Shown here one piece after another: positions 50,101 through 59,827 of a stretch of DNA of 64,000 nt. This DNA comes from a virus (taxonomy: Duplodnaviria; Caudoviricetes), in IMG/VR virus record IMGVR_UViG_3300044854_000085, positions 1 through 64,000 of that record. One strand, 5' to 3'. The translations under genes and the position numbers were made by a program. Positions within the stretch are counted from its first letter, which is position 1, and each line of letters begins with the position of its first letter. Below the pieces are notes generated by a model that made no database searches, was not told the origin of the DNA, and saw only the letters and a list, made by a program, of their open reading frames with translations.

Positions 50101-50800
50101 GACCGATCAGAACATCGCTAGCGGCGAGGAATTCCGGACGACGTCGGATCATCCGCAATTGTGCGGCGTGCCGTTCAAGTACGAGGCATCGAAGTATCAA
50201 GACGCGACGGTTTTCCGCTGGAGGATATGGCTCGCGCAAATTTTTGGCAGTTGCTTTAGCGCGTTGTTCGACATCACGGACGGAACGACGATCACGTTCG
50301 ACAACGTCATTCCGGAAACGTTCTTGATGACCGGTTCGGAAGCCTTCCTCAACCCAACGTACTATGAATTGCCTCTGCCGATCGGATTGCTCAAGGACGG
50401 CCACATCTATCAGCCGGCGATCTGGCGCCATCCGCTGGTGAGCATACAAAACGTCTTCTTCCACAAGGCGCGGATCTCGATCAAATCCACTCCCGTCAAG
50501 GACGTCGAAGTCCGTTGGCGCGTCGACAACGAGCGAATGGTGAATCGCGCGTCGGCTTACAGCCGCGTCGTGATGGCGCAATTGGAAGTCACGGGCAATG
50601 ACGGCAGCGGCGTGTTGACCGATTGCGGCGAGGGCGACACGGCCATCACCGGAACGGAAGTCGTCGAAGTCGCCGCGGACGCAGTTGAAGGCTTCGCACG
50701 TTCGGAGAATCTTCTGGCGGACTTGGTTCCTCTCGATCGATACGTCGCCGGCGGCGTCGGGCCCCAAGATCAGAACTTGATTTACCGGGTAACGCCATGA
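47183..50800 (+). CDS. Large tail-tip protein with N-terminal LamG/concanavalin-like region, 1205 aa
   Basis: Beta-rich N-terminus (WEAWAF..SIWLNGVK), central hub-like region, tail module position. Confidence 0.7.
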   Translation: MTARQDYLTALSGAGYAATVAVLFEEGSGTPNEFVSSTPVGTSGSPDWDIVDGVTAGKAASVNDAWNLGASNAFLNHDKGTVLIIRKKLDTTARNSSGFGVDVGEHRCAAHMPWGDNHIYWDFDTWSSGRCTWNGYTPSTDWEAWAFRGGPSGASIWLNGVKKASHTTAVTTTLVSDDFWINKSAVTGDVQDVFFFAYVPDEVSDAVLEDFTPGTVLGLPGGDARVTHAVRSVVASADSDARVSHMVRSVVAGADPDAHVTQIVRQVIGGPVTAIAVEDSIGLAESVEGAVYDVISGDVSDALAPFVDAIPTAEHDRFLGDRPVVLARQFLDTGTENISDVGVRHPTRFYEPRVVDWGEVERAIPLPPGLPIISEATIKLTDNDGYWRRIAHIRSLRRKGIQIKTGFEGGRESLFPIAYTGELTKAVFPDGAVTLTARDQWQRWLNISIPPWGDRTNFPNQPDGQDSFFFPLIFGRNISTDENPRGQVKLFLCDTERNLWALNRTPTKAIVRLYRKLPSGDTVSIVPLAEYEKVEEDKEIDGWTFTPAYVHMFEDQPDGTELYADVDGISERGGYGTLPSFTHATVENLIDHLINLFFYLTVIDPIADPFGSTETTAWETAWHYYNDNNLLFAGCVVEPMTFGALFARMCESGNLFLYPNWRGRIAASVQPVTNPDRPVYTDAFELLSKAAGSEAEIVSSLPEKTQNQFLYLFSRNYVTNQWGAGDIYNNEADQAELGVIEPDNDIELHWVRDAATAAWVIARRAELFSLRAYQVELSVEAPKNIYKLELAQTIGITHYAGIGGPWTNREFMIYAIRYAMAAQKLILRLVALPVGITGPIPYELVEIGLGTTFPGLNGPYGKASFYWRASDYPEGTTFQWEATVEPVGSAPLAYVTDESGAFVYADLTLPDGDATPAGETVYFDWNPVGTPDGLLKVTVYNLILYRLRLVAYHNSAQYVWIDINMSNGGGFNATDQNIASGEEFRTTSDHPQLCGVPFKYEASKYQDATVFRWRIWLAQIFGSCFSALFDITDGTTITFDNVIPETFLMTGSEAFLNPTYYELPLPIGLLKDGHIYQPAIWRHPLVSIQNVFFHKARISIKSTPVKDVEVRWRVDNERMVNRASAYSRVVMAQLEVTGNDGSGVLTDCGEGDTAITGTEVVEVAADAVEGFARSENLLADLVPLDRYVAGGVGPQDQNLIYRVTP

Positions 50801-50966
50801 CGAAAGATCAACAACGTGACGCCCTATTGAGCCTCTCCGACGAGCTGCGGGGGCGGCTGCTGACATGGCCGGCAAACACATCGTTGCTGTTCAACGATGA
50901 GGAAACTGCCGAACTCGAGTCCGCGTTCGGGCCGAATTGGCGCGCACTACTAAGCGGCACTTAGTA

Positions 50967-51033
50967 TCGGAGAAGCATAGGAGAAGCTCTGGCGTCTTTA
51001 AAGACGCCAGTCGTCGGAGAAGCGTAGGAGAAG
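50967..51033. repeat. Two 20-bp direct repeats flanking a 22-bp perfect palindrome
   Basis: TCGGAGAAGC(A/G)TAGGAGAAG at 50967 and 51014; CTGGCGTCTTTAAAGACGCCAG at 50989-51010. Confidence 0.85.
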
Positions 51034-51099
51034 TAAGTGTCGCGTTGACGCGACATTTCAAAAAGGGTGTACACACCCGGATTTCGTTTGGAGAAAACT

Positions 51100-51822
51100 G
51101 TGAAGCACGGATGCGAACGAATTGGCCTTGAAGGCCTGGACATCATCGGCACGCTTTTGGAGCGTGATCCAGAAACGGGTCTCTACACCCGAATTGTCGC
51201 GGAAGCGAAAACCAAAAACTTGATCGTCGACAGCGCGCAGCCGGTCTTGCTGCAACGGCTGTTCGGCGTGTCCGGATCCGCGCGGACGATTTCGAAGATC
51301 GGCGTCGGCTCCGGAACCACGGCGCCGGCAACCAGCGATGTGGCGCTGACCACCGAGCTCCTGAAGAAAATCATCCAGAGCGTCGACCAGACCGGTGAGG
51401 CGTCGCTGCCTCCATCGCGCATCTGCTACACGCAATTCGATCCGACCGAAGCCAACGGCAGCGGTACGTCCTACATCCGCGAAGTCGGTTTCTTCTTCGA
51501 CAACAACGCGATGGTCACGCACGCATTGTTCGGACAGAAAGCGATCACGAACGCGACGCAGGCCGATCCGGTTGTCATCACCAGCAACGGCCACGGCTTG
51601 TCGAACGGCGATTCCGTGTACATCCAATCGGTCGGCGGCATGACGGAGCTCAACAACAATCACTACGTTGTGGCCAACAAGACCACGAACACGTTTGAAC
51701 TCGCCGGCGTCGACGGAACCGGCTTCACCGCATACACCACTGGCGGCAAGTGGACGAAGGAATTTATGAAGAACTCTTCTCGAGTGTTCCGCGTGAGCTA
51801 CACGTTCGGATTCTCGTCCTGA
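51100..51822 (+). CDS. Tail protein with E1-FCCH-like beta domain
   Basis: IGVGSGTTAPATSDVALTTE (tail-fibre N-terminal type) and ITNATQADPVVITSNGHGLSNGDSVYI..GMTELN..TFEL. Confidence 0.65.
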   Translation: MKHGCERIGLEGLDIIGTLLERDPETGLYTRIVAEAKTKNLIVDSAQPVLLQRLFGVSGSARTISKIGVGSGTTAPATSDVALTTELLKKIIQSVDQTGEASLPPSRICYTQFDPTEANGSGTSYIREVGFFFDNNAMVTHALFGQKAITNATQADPVVITSNGHGLSNGDSVYIQSVGGMTELNNNHYVVANKTTNTFELAGVDGTGFTAYTTGGKWTKEFMKNSSRVFRVSYTFGFSS

Positions 51823-51875
51823 GTTTTGGCGTCCGCACACTTCACACACACGAATAAAAGGATCGGATAAAAGAA

Positions 51876-52512
51876 ATGGATTTAAGCAACGTATTCCGGC
51901 TTCCCGCGAAACCGCTCGCAGCAGGAGATTTCGTGATCGGCGCGAAACACAGCGGGCCTCCCTCGTTCTATCGCGCCATCCCCAACCCGCGCACCGTGAT
52001 TACCATAGCGAGCGGCGCGATTCCCACCGCCGGCGCCGTTCTTTTGGCCCGCAGCGACGACGCCTCGAACCTCACGCTCGCCCAACCGGGAGCGGCCGAC
52101 GACACGCTGCGCATCGTCGATGTGTCGGGCAAGGCGCACACCATCAGCACCGGATCCAATGGCATCAACGGCAGCATGAACCTGATCACGTTTAGCGGCA
52201 ACAAAGGCGCGTCGATCACGCTGCTCGCCTACGCCGGCGTCTGGTACGCCGTGGAATTCAATGATGTGGAGATCACCAATGACTAAAAGCGTCCTCTTCA
52301 TCGCACTCGTATTGATCCTCGGCTTGATCGCTCTCGCCGCGGCCGCGCAGAGCCCCACACAGTTCGGGGCGGACGATCTCAAACGCATGCTCGGTGAGCG
52401 GGACATCGTCATCGAACAACAGGGCCGCATCATCCAAACACTCGAAAAAGAAAACGCCGCATTGAAGCAGGAAAACACCGATCTCAAAAAGGCGATAGAG
52501 AAAGGACAATGA
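51876..52512 (+). CDS. Two small proteins (51876-52286 beta-rich; 52279-52512 TM/signal plus coiled coil)
   Basis: RBSs and overlaps; ORF track. Confidence 0.6.
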
Positions 52513-54113
52513 CCATGAGAAAACTATTTTCACTTATCGGCGCAGTTCTACTCCTCGCCACGGCGAGCGACGCGCAGACGGTCGCGAACCGGCCGACATA
52601 CTCCGGCGAGGGAGCACCCGCCGACCTTCGTCCCACATGCAATTCTGGAGATCGCTTCATCGATACCTCGGCGAAACTCGCATACACCTGCACGGACCCG
52701 ACGAACGAAACCGCGGCGAATCGCTGGTCGCAAGATGGAGGTTCGAGCGGCGGGGCGGGGTCGTTCTCGGACCAATACACGGTCACGGGTTCTGAACTGG
52801 TGGTTGACGGCAATCTGGCCACAGATCCGACCATGAGTGGGTGGACGCTGGGGGGCGACACGTCCTGGTCGCCCGGGTCTGTCACGTCCGTCTACGCCGG
52901 TGGCGACCCGACAGTTACGACCAACGCGTTCTCAGTCACTATGGGGCACTTCTATCTGGTGTCGTTCACGTTGAGCGGGGTTGTGGGGGCTGGTCCTAAT
53001 TTCTACAGCAACGGTGGCAGGCTTACCAGCTACAGTCCTGCAATCCCGAACGGCGACTTCTCCGTCGTCGTGTACGGCAAGTCTACGGGGTCGGATTCGC
53101 TCGTCATCGACGACCACGACTATTCGATGGACGACGCCTGGACGGTGTCCAACGTGTCGGTCAAGGAAGTGGACCTGTCCCCCGCCTTCACCGACGGCAG
53201 GATCAACATCATAAATTCCGTCAGCAGGCACCAAGGCATATTCTCCGACTTCAAACTCGAGGTGCGGACTCCACTTTTGCGCGTGGGGCAGAGCGACGCC
53301 GCGCCCGAACTGCTTTTTAATGCGGACGGCCTGTCGGTATTCGGCGGCGCGAACCCCGACGCGGCGTCCGTATTGAGCGTATTCGACAGTACTACGTTTC
53401 CGGGCGACGCCACGAACTACTACAGCGCCTTCGTCTACCAGTTGATGAACGCGAACGGCCACGTCATCACGAACCAGTCCGGCATGAGCGTGACGGCGGG
53501 GGTCACGGACACGACGGGCGGCGCGTCATTTACTGGGTATTCCGCCGCGTACTCGGGCATCTTCGGCATCAGCGGCAACGCCACCACCGCGTCGCCGGTG
53601 GCGGCTGTCGCGGTGTACTACGCCGACGTGCAGCAGGCTAGTGGCGGCCCCAAGTCGCACGCTGCCCAAGTTTCTGGATTCTACGCACCCACGTTCGAGA
53701 CGTTCCCGTGGAACGGAACCCGCGGCACCGACACGGTGATGGTCTTTTGGTCCGGCGATCAAGCCGGAACGGCAACGAACGTCTACTATTCCTGGTTCGA
53801 TTCCAGAGGCGTCGGCCGTTGCAAAGAAGATAGCAGCTTCGACTCGGTCGGTCAGTCCATCTGCGTCGTTTATAACCCGCAGTTCACGAAGTACACGCCA
53901 GGGGCGTCGAACTACGAGCGTATCGTCTACGGCCAGTGGGACGGCAACGTCGCGGAGATGGGTCCAGAAAAAGGCGGCACCGGAACCGAGCGCGATCTAA
54001 AACTGCTCGGCGCACATTTGAAGATTAAATCCATAACTGCATGCCCGTCCGGACAAACCGCGCCCTTGTCGATCGATGAGAATGGCAACGTGGTAAAGGG
54101 TAGCTGCTCCTAA
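52509..54113 (+). CDS. Putative tail fibre/receptor-binding protein with a signal-peptide-like N-terminus
   Basis: MRKLFSLIGAVLLLATASDA, then Ser/Thr/Gly-rich beta protein with a CBM-like segment (VVDGNLATDPTMSGWTLG). Confidence 0.55.
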   Translation: MTMRKLFSLIGAVLLLATASDAQTVANRPTYSGEGAPADLRPTCNSGDRFIDTSAKLAYTCTDPTNETAANRWSQDGGSSGGAGSFSDQYTVTGSELVVDGNLATDPTMSGWTLGGDTSWSPGSVTSVYAGGDPTVTTNAFSVTMGHFYLVSFTLSGVVGAGPNFYSNGGRLTSYSPAIPNGDFSVVVYGKSTGSDSLVIDDHDYSMDDAWTVSNVSVKEVDLSPAFTDGRINIINSVSRHQGIFSDFKLEVRTPLLRVGQSDAAPELLFNADGLSVFGGANPDAASVLSVFDSTTFPGDATNYYSAFVYQLMNANGHVITNQSGMSVTAGVTDTTGGASFTGYSAAYSGIFGISGNATTASPVAAVAVYYADVQQASGGPKSHAAQVSGFYAPTFETFPWNGTRGTDTVMVFWSGDQAGTATNVYYSWFDSRGVGRCKEDSSFDSVGQSICVVYNPQFTKYTPGASNYERIVYGQWDGNVAEMGPEKGGTGTERDLKLLGAHLKIKSITACPSGQTAPLSIDENGNVVKGSCS

Positions 54114-54138
54114 ACTTTCGTTTTTAACTTCAAATCTC

Positions 54139-54187
54139 CGGCCCGTCGAAGAACATTGCGTTTCTTTCGACGGGCCGTTTCATTTCC
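54139..54187 (+). terminator. Hairpin/terminator between tail and lysis genes
   Basis: CGGCCCGTCGAA...TTCGACGGGCCG followed by TTTCATTT. Confidence 0.6.
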
Positions 54188-54198
54188 TGCGAACTCAA

Positions 54199-54630
54199 AT
54201 GACACGAGACGAACTGATTGCGCTCTCGCGCGATGTGGCAAACACACACAGCCTCGACCCGTCGCTGGTTTGCGCCGTGTGCCATCACGAAAGCGACAAC
54301 TGGAACGTGTGGGCGGTCCGGTACGAGCCCGCATTCTTCACACGGTACGTGGAGCCGATCGCCGGCATCGGCGACACGGAAAAGATCATGCGCTCGACGA
54401 GCTGGGGATTGATGCAGCTCATGGGCCAGGTGGCGCGCGAGCTGGGATTCAAGGGATCGTACCTTTCGGAACTATTGGATCCGCCGACCAACCTCGAATG
54501 GGGTTGCCAGAAATTAAAACGCTGCGTGGATCGCGCGAACGATACACGCACCGCGTTGCTCCTGTGGAACGGCGGTGCCAACAAGAATTATCCGGACCTG
54601 GTGCTGCGGCATCTGACGGAGTACTCGTGA
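54199..54630 (+). CDS. Endolysin, lytic transglycosylase (SLT domain)
   Basis: LVCAVCHHES (catalytic E), SWGLMQLM, NLEWGCQKL and WNGG. Confidence 0.9.
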   Translation: MTRDELIALSRDVANTHSLDPSLVCAVCHHESDNWNVWAVRYEPAFFTRYVEPIAGIGDTEKIMRSTSWGLMQLMGQVARELGFKGSYLSELLDPPTNLEWGCQKLKRCVDRANDTRTALLLWNGGANKNYPDLVLRHLTEYS

Positions 54631-55782
54631 AGCTCGCCGGCATTCTCCTCCGCTTGACGGCCGCGATCGCTCTCCTCGCCATTGGCTTCGCGGCCGTCTA
54701 CCTGGCGATCCAGATCCCGGATGAAATCGCCCGCACGCGATCGCGATTCTCCATCGAGATGCGATTCACGCGGAAAGCACTTCAAACGGAGATTGCCAAC
54801 ACACGGGCGGCCGCGCAGGAAGAGATCCGCGCGACGCGTCAGGATCTGTTGTCAGAACTGACAACAACCCGCAAGCAGGTCCTCGCTATCACCGATGACC
54901 GATTGAAGTCTGTTACCGCGTTGTTAGATGAAACGCGCCGTGATCTGAACGCGCAATTAACGCGGACGAATGAAACGATCGCGCGTTTTTCTGAAACGAC
55001 ATCGGCCCAAAGCGAAACGCTGGTGGCGAACACGACCGAGCTGAAGGACCGCGCGCTCTTACGCGAGCCGATGCTTTATTCCCGCGTTCTTGGAACTACC
55101 GGAGAGTTCAACAAATTTCTCGACGCTGGACGCCGCGCGGCTGAAGAAGGCGCAAAGGCCGCTCCCGTCCTCGCGAGCTCGATCGAGAAAACCTCCGCCC
55201 ACGTGGAAGCCATCACTGCCGACGTGGAGATCGTCACACACGAATACACCAAGCCGAAAGCCTGGTGGAGAGCGCTTCTCCCGGCAGCCGGAGGCGCTGC
55301 ACTGAAATTGATCTTTTGAAAGGATTCACAAAATGGAAACAACACTGATGTTATTGAAGCTGATTCCCGCCATCATCGCCGCGATCCGCGCGATCGAAGA
55401 TGCCCTGCCTGTTGCCGGCGCAGGAGCCGACAAGCTGAATGCCATCCTCGACACCGTCAAAGCCGCAGACGAAAAAGTGGACCCGGGCAAGCTCGCCAAA
55501 GTGGTCTCTGTGTTCGTCGCATTATTCAAGAAATTCGGTGTGTTCGGCGGCGCTCCCGCAACCTCGCCGACTGTCTAACCAATGAACGGCTTCATCGACA
55601 TCCTCAAGGACTGGCATCTGTGGGTGATCGTCGGAGGCTATTGGGTCGTGATGGCCGCCATTGGTGGCATGCCCGAACCGAACTCCGCGTCCAGCCTGCG
55701 CTATCGTTGGGCTTATCGAAGCTCGCATATTTTCGCGGCGAATGTGAAAACGGCATTCGCGGCAATCACCGACAAGAAGTAA
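54627..55782 (+). CDS. Lysis-associated membrane proteins (54627-55319 TM plus coiled coil, spanin-like; 55333-55578; 55582-55782 holin-like)
   Basis: Hydrophobic N-termini; GTGA overlap with the endolysin. Confidence 0.55.
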
Positions 55783-55814
55783 ATCGCTCGGCCCAAGGAG
55801 AGGGGTTTAAGTCA

Positions 55815-56249
55815 ATGAACGATCTCACACGTGCATTCGTCCGGACAAACTCCGCTTTGCTGGACAAGGAAATCATCGATCTCGTTGTCGGCGACGACAG
55901 GGATTTCGAAGCCGATGTTTCCGGGATTCCCGAAGACGCGGAGCTCCAGACAGCCTGGCTCACGATCAAATTGAACGAAGAGGATGACGACTCGGCCGCC
56001 GTCGTTCAAAAGAGCATTACGGCCGAAGCAGAAGACGGCGTCGGGCAGATCACCGAGACCGGTTCGAGCGCATCGACCGGACACCTGGTGTTTCAGCTCA
56101 CGCACGAAGACACGGCCGAGCTGGAAGCCGGCGTCGGCTATTACTATGACATTCGCGTTCGCACCGACACCGGCAAGACCTTTACGGTCGAACACGGCCG
56201 CCTGATCCCGCGGAGCGCGATCACGCGCGACGTTGAGCCGGCTTCCTGA
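55815..56249 (+). CDS. BppU N-terminal-like Ig-fold structural protein
   Basis: IDLVVGDDRDF...GHLVFQLTHEDTAEL..YYYDIRV...TVEHG. Confidence 0.55.
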   Translation: MNDLTRAFVRTNSALLDKEIIDLVVGDDRDFEADVSGIPEDAELQTAWLTIKLNEEDDDSAAVVQKSITAEAEDGVGQITETGSSASTGHLVFQLTHEDTAELEAGVGYYYDIRVRTDTGKTFTVEHGRLIPRSAITRDVEPAS

Positions 56250-56297
56250 TTTCCCGCAGTTTCCCACTTTTTGAAAAACCAAGGACGGTACCTCCCC

Positions 56298-56567
56298 ATG
56301 CACTTCGATGGCACTATCACCCTCGGCAACATTGGCACGATCGTTTCGATCATCGCGTATGCGGCTTTCCAATACGCGACGATGAAAGCGCGTCAGAGAC
56401 GATCCGAGGAAAGAATCACACTCATCGAAAACTTCATTACGGCGCACGCGAAGTGTCATCAATCGCAAGAACAGATCGTGGTGGAATTGCGCGAAGCGGT
56501 TTCGTTTATCAAAGGCTGGATGTCCGGCGCCGTTCGACCAGAACCGGCGCGCGTCGCCGGTCTTTAG
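56298..56567 (+). CDS. Holin-like single-TM protein
   Basis: FDGTITLGNIGTIVSII TM followed by a coiled coil. Confidence 0.55.
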   Translation: MHFDGTITLGNIGTIVSIIAYAAFQYATMKARQRRSEERITLIENFITAHAKCHQSQEQIVVELREAVSFIKGWMSGAVRPEPARVAGL

Positions 56568-56631
56568 CTTAGGGCAAAAAAAATGGGGCATGCCTTGGCA
56601 CGCCCCGCTGGTGGTGGAAGTTTAACGGCCG

Positions 56632-56790
56632 TTACGCCGTCGGTTGATTGTCCCCCTTCCAGCGGTCATAGAGACCGAAATTTTTCGCGCACGTGGGACC
56701 GTAGCCCACACCCGTGCTGCGCTCGTCGGTCAATGTTCGATTGCAGAACGAGCAATGACCGCTCAACAGTCCGTATGCGGCCGCGACTCC
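56632..56790 (-). pseudogene. DUF6011-like zinc-finger remnant
   Basis: YGLLSGHCSFCNRTLTDERSTGVGYGPTC motif without a clear start or N-terminal region. Confidence 0.55.
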
Positions 56791-56836
56791 CAAGGGGTCC
56801 GCGGCGAATGAGTCTCGGCCGCTGTAATTGATAGAA

Positions 56837-59827
56837 CTATTTCTGGCCGCGTATCGAGGGCTCTCTCGCCAACTTCCGTCGCAAAAGGTCAATGGCACCG
56901 TCCTTGCCTACCACCGACTCCGATAGACCGAGGACATCACGCAAGAATCGGCTGTCGAGCTCCTGCCGTATCTTGTCGTGATCGATTTCGTGAAACGGCA
57001 GCAAATCCATTCCACTTAAATCATCGAAGATTTCGGCCGTCTTCTTGAGTTGCTTAGCCGAGAGTGCCGTCACGTCAAGGATTGGTAAAGAGGGCAGAAC
57101 CGATACACCAATGCTTCCTCTTCCCGACTGCTGTTTGTTCGCGTGATACCAGTGTAAGAGCAACCCGAGCGAGGTATTCGACCAGAGCACCAAAGCTTTC
57201 TCCTGATCTTCAGAAGCCAACCGAATAGAAATCCAGGCTCGACCGCCAATTGTCCGTCTTTGAGTAAATTGCATACTCGTGGACTGGCTATTGAAGCGAA
57301 AATCACGGCTGAAGTGACAATGCGAGGCACTGTTCCAGACGTTCTTGAGTTTGAATTCAATGATGACCTTTTCCTTCGCATTCTTGCCCTTGCGTGGCAA
57401 TCCCTCACTATCCCCCTCGAACGCGATACTACGTTGCTTCTCTGCGTCGTGGGACCATAGAACTGGATACGTTGGTGCGCTTCCCGGTTTCACCGCTGAG
57501 ACATCGAACGGCCCTCGGATTCCTCCGCCTTGAGTCTTCCCGTTAATGTCCGCGTGGTAAGGGCCAATTTGACCTATCGTGTCCACGGTCGTCATTGAAA
57601 TCGCGATTGATTCAGATTCTTCCATCGTCGGCAACCAGATGCGTTTCATGACTGCAATTTGGTACGCCGCCTGTGCGAGAGCAATGTCGGCGACGCGGGC
57701 CAAATTCCAACCACCTTCCGTCGGCAGAGGGGCTTCCACGGCCTGACCGATCACGTCATTTCCGAAATTCAACAGCGTTCCGCCAAACGGACCATCCTCA
57801 AGGCTTCGAAGGTTTTTCGCGGCAATCAAATTATGAATCTGGCGCGCAGCACTCGCGCCCAGCATCGGAAAAGCAGGTCGTTCGTTCAGCACCACAAAGG
57901 TTCCTCGCTTCTCTGGACGGACCGCAGGAAGAGGAGTGGCTTCCTCTGCAACCTTTCGTCCCACCACGAGACATTCGCCGATATCTGTGTCTGCGGAAAA
58001 CGACAATTCCGCGCCCTGCGCACCCGCAATCGACACGACAATCAAATCGTCATAGCGTTTCGTCAGCACACTCCGCGAATCCTCCCAAGCCTCACCCGAC
58101 ATGAGACTGAGTGGCATAACCAACGCAAGCATGCCGCCGATCTTCAATTTGCGGTCCGCCAGAACAAGAAAGACAGACGCTTCGCCGGCGTTGCCGTGCG
58201 CACTCGTTTTGTCGGTGAGATCCTTCAACTTGTCCGCCATCTTTTTCTGTTCTTGGTCGGTTGCCGAAAAAGCGGCGAACATCGGATTGCGTACGCCAAT
58301 CTTCTGTGCTTCGTGACCGGTGTCTCGAGTAAACGGCGGATTCATTATCACCACATCAAACGAACGATGCGGCATGTCGGCCCATCTCGCTTTCTCAAAT
58401 TCACCCATGCCTTCGACCACTTTGGCCGAGGTGATGTGAAGAAAATCCTCAATCTTCCCTTGCGGATCGAGCAACGCCAATGAACCGAGTGCAACGCCTC
58501 CATCCTCCTGGACCCCATAAGCGACGGTCAGAATCGAACTTTGTTTGTATTTAACGAGCGGATGCGCTCCGGCAAGCATTGAAGCCGTCAAATGGGCGGC
58601 GGCCGGCAATACGTCACAACCCATGAATGCTAGAGCCATCATGTCTGGATGAAGAACTTCGGAATCGCCTCCGGCAAGTTCGTGCAATTGACTGACGCGC
58701 TGATACGCCGTCGTCAACAACGTGCCGGTACCACACGCGAAATCCACGATTCGGAGATTCTTCACGTCTTCAGGATTAGTCCATGAACCGCCTGTCGGCG
58801 TTTTTTCCGGAATGACGGCAAGCCCAACAAGCAAAGCTGCCGCGGCCGGTGTTGTGTAAAAGGCCGCCAAAAACTTTCGATCCGCAATGAGCCGCTGAAA
58901 CACCGCCCCCGTGAGATCGTGCGATCGCATCAAGCGATTCTCGAGTAACCTTTCTGCCGTCACGACCAGCGTTTCTATTAAAGGTTTGCTGTACGCGGTG
59001 GGAATAAGCTGAAGAATGCGTCGGGCGATATCGAAGATCGGCCAATAATTGATTTTTAGGATCGCACGCCACTCGGCGAGAATCACGGATTTGGTCAATG
59101 CGCCTTGATTGCGAAGTTCGTCGAGGGATTTCACCTTCGCCAATTCATCCGGTCCGCCGGCCAACGTCTCCTGAAAAATGAATGCATTCGTCAAAATCGT
59201 TGTGGCCATGCGTTGCGTTTGCGCACTGTCGTCCTGTTTTAGTTCCGCCGCTATGTTCTCGATTGCGCCTTTGTGAGTAATCGCCATTTGTTCGAGCAAT
59301 CCAGCGGATTCGATCACGCCGTTCGCCAGTTGATTCGCGGCTTCCTCGATAACGGCGGGCGGGACGGAGGCCGATTGAGCAAGGATCGAAATGTCTGCAA
59401 TTGTTCCTTCAATCCAACCTGCTCCTGGCCATCGGGCTGAACTCGCCGGATCTGTGCCCGTATACAAGATCATTTGAAAGTCGGACGCGCTCACAATTTG
59501 AGAATGCAACTTCGAAGGCGTTGCGTTTCGTAGCCGATCGGGAACGCGCAACGCGATTGATGAAAGGATCGTGCGGCCAGTCGTCTTGAGTTGTTGCCCG
59601 AGCCGCGATTTGGCTTCCGCTTCTACCGTGATAGCAGGCAGGACTTCCGTTTCGATGACGACCGGCGAAACGTTCGCCTCAATAACTAAAATGTCAGGAC
59701 GTTTACTACTGCCCTTGAGCATTCCGGTGTTTTCAGAACTGATGACGTTTGACGATTGCCAAGCGCGCCGCGTTTGACGCAACGCCGCGGCGATCGCGTC
59801 ATTGATGGTGTGCTCTGTGAGCGGCAC
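56837..59827 (-). CDS. Type IIG (fused restriction-modification) enzyme, N6-adenine MTase
   Basis: N-terminal PD-(D/E)xK-like KRPDILV...VIETE; motif I IVDFACGTGTLL; motif IV VIMNPPF; C-terminal TRD-sized region; 996 aa. Confidence 0.85.
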   Translation of the reverse strand: MPLTEHTINDAIAAALRQTRRAWQSSNVISSENTGMLKGSSKRPDILVIEANVSPVVIETEVLPAITVEAEAKSRLGQQLKTTGRTILSSIALRVPDRLRNATPSKLHSQIVSASDFQMILYTGTDPASSARWPGAGWIEGTIADISILAQSASVPPAVIEEAANQLANGVIESAGLLEQMAITHKGAIENIAAELKQDDSAQTQRMATTILTNAFIFQETLAGGPDELAKVKSLDELRNQGALTKSVILAEWRAILKINYWPIFDIARRILQLIPTAYSKPLIETLVVTAERLLENRLMRSHDLTGAVFQRLIADRKFLAAFYTTPAAAALLVGLAVIPEKTPTGGSWTNPEDVKNLRIVDFACGTGTLLTTAYQRVSQLHELAGGDSEVLHPDMMALAFMGCDVLPAAAHLTASMLAGAHPLVKYKQSSILTVAYGVQEDGGVALGSLALLDPQGKIEDFLHITSAKVVEGMGEFEKARWADMPHRSFDVVIMNPPFTRDTGHEAQKIGVRNPMFAAFSATDQEQKKMADKLKDLTDKTSAHGNAGEASVFLVLADRKLKIGGMLALVMPLSLMSGEAWEDSRSVLTKRYDDLIVVSIAGAQGAELSFSADTDIGECLVVGRKVAEEATPLPAVRPEKRGTFVVLNERPAFPMLGASAARQIHNLIAAKNLRSLEDGPFGGTLLNFGNDVIGQAVEAPLPTEGGWNLARVADIALAQAAYQIAVMKRIWLPTMEESESIAISMTTVDTIGQIGPYHADINGKTQGGGIRGPFDVSAVKPGSAPTYPVLWSHDAEKQRSIAFEGDSEGLPRKGKNAKEKVIIEFKLKNVWNSASHCHFSRDFRFNSQSTSMQFTQRRTIGGRAWISIRLASEDQEKALVLWSNTSLGLLLHWYHANKQQSGRGSIGVSVLPSLPILDVTALSAKQLKKTAEIFDDLSGMDLLPFHEIDHDKIRQELDSRFLRDVLGLSESVVGKDGAIDLLRRKLAREPSIRGQK

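Larger units (their letters stand above)
1..56800. mobile_element. Temperate siphovirus-like prophage (long non-contractile tail)
   Basis: Integrase at a tRNA, replication/early genes, terminase-portal-protease-capsid-neck-tail tube-TMP-tail tip-lysis in canonical order, no sheath gene. Right boundary is approximate. Confidence 0.93.
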
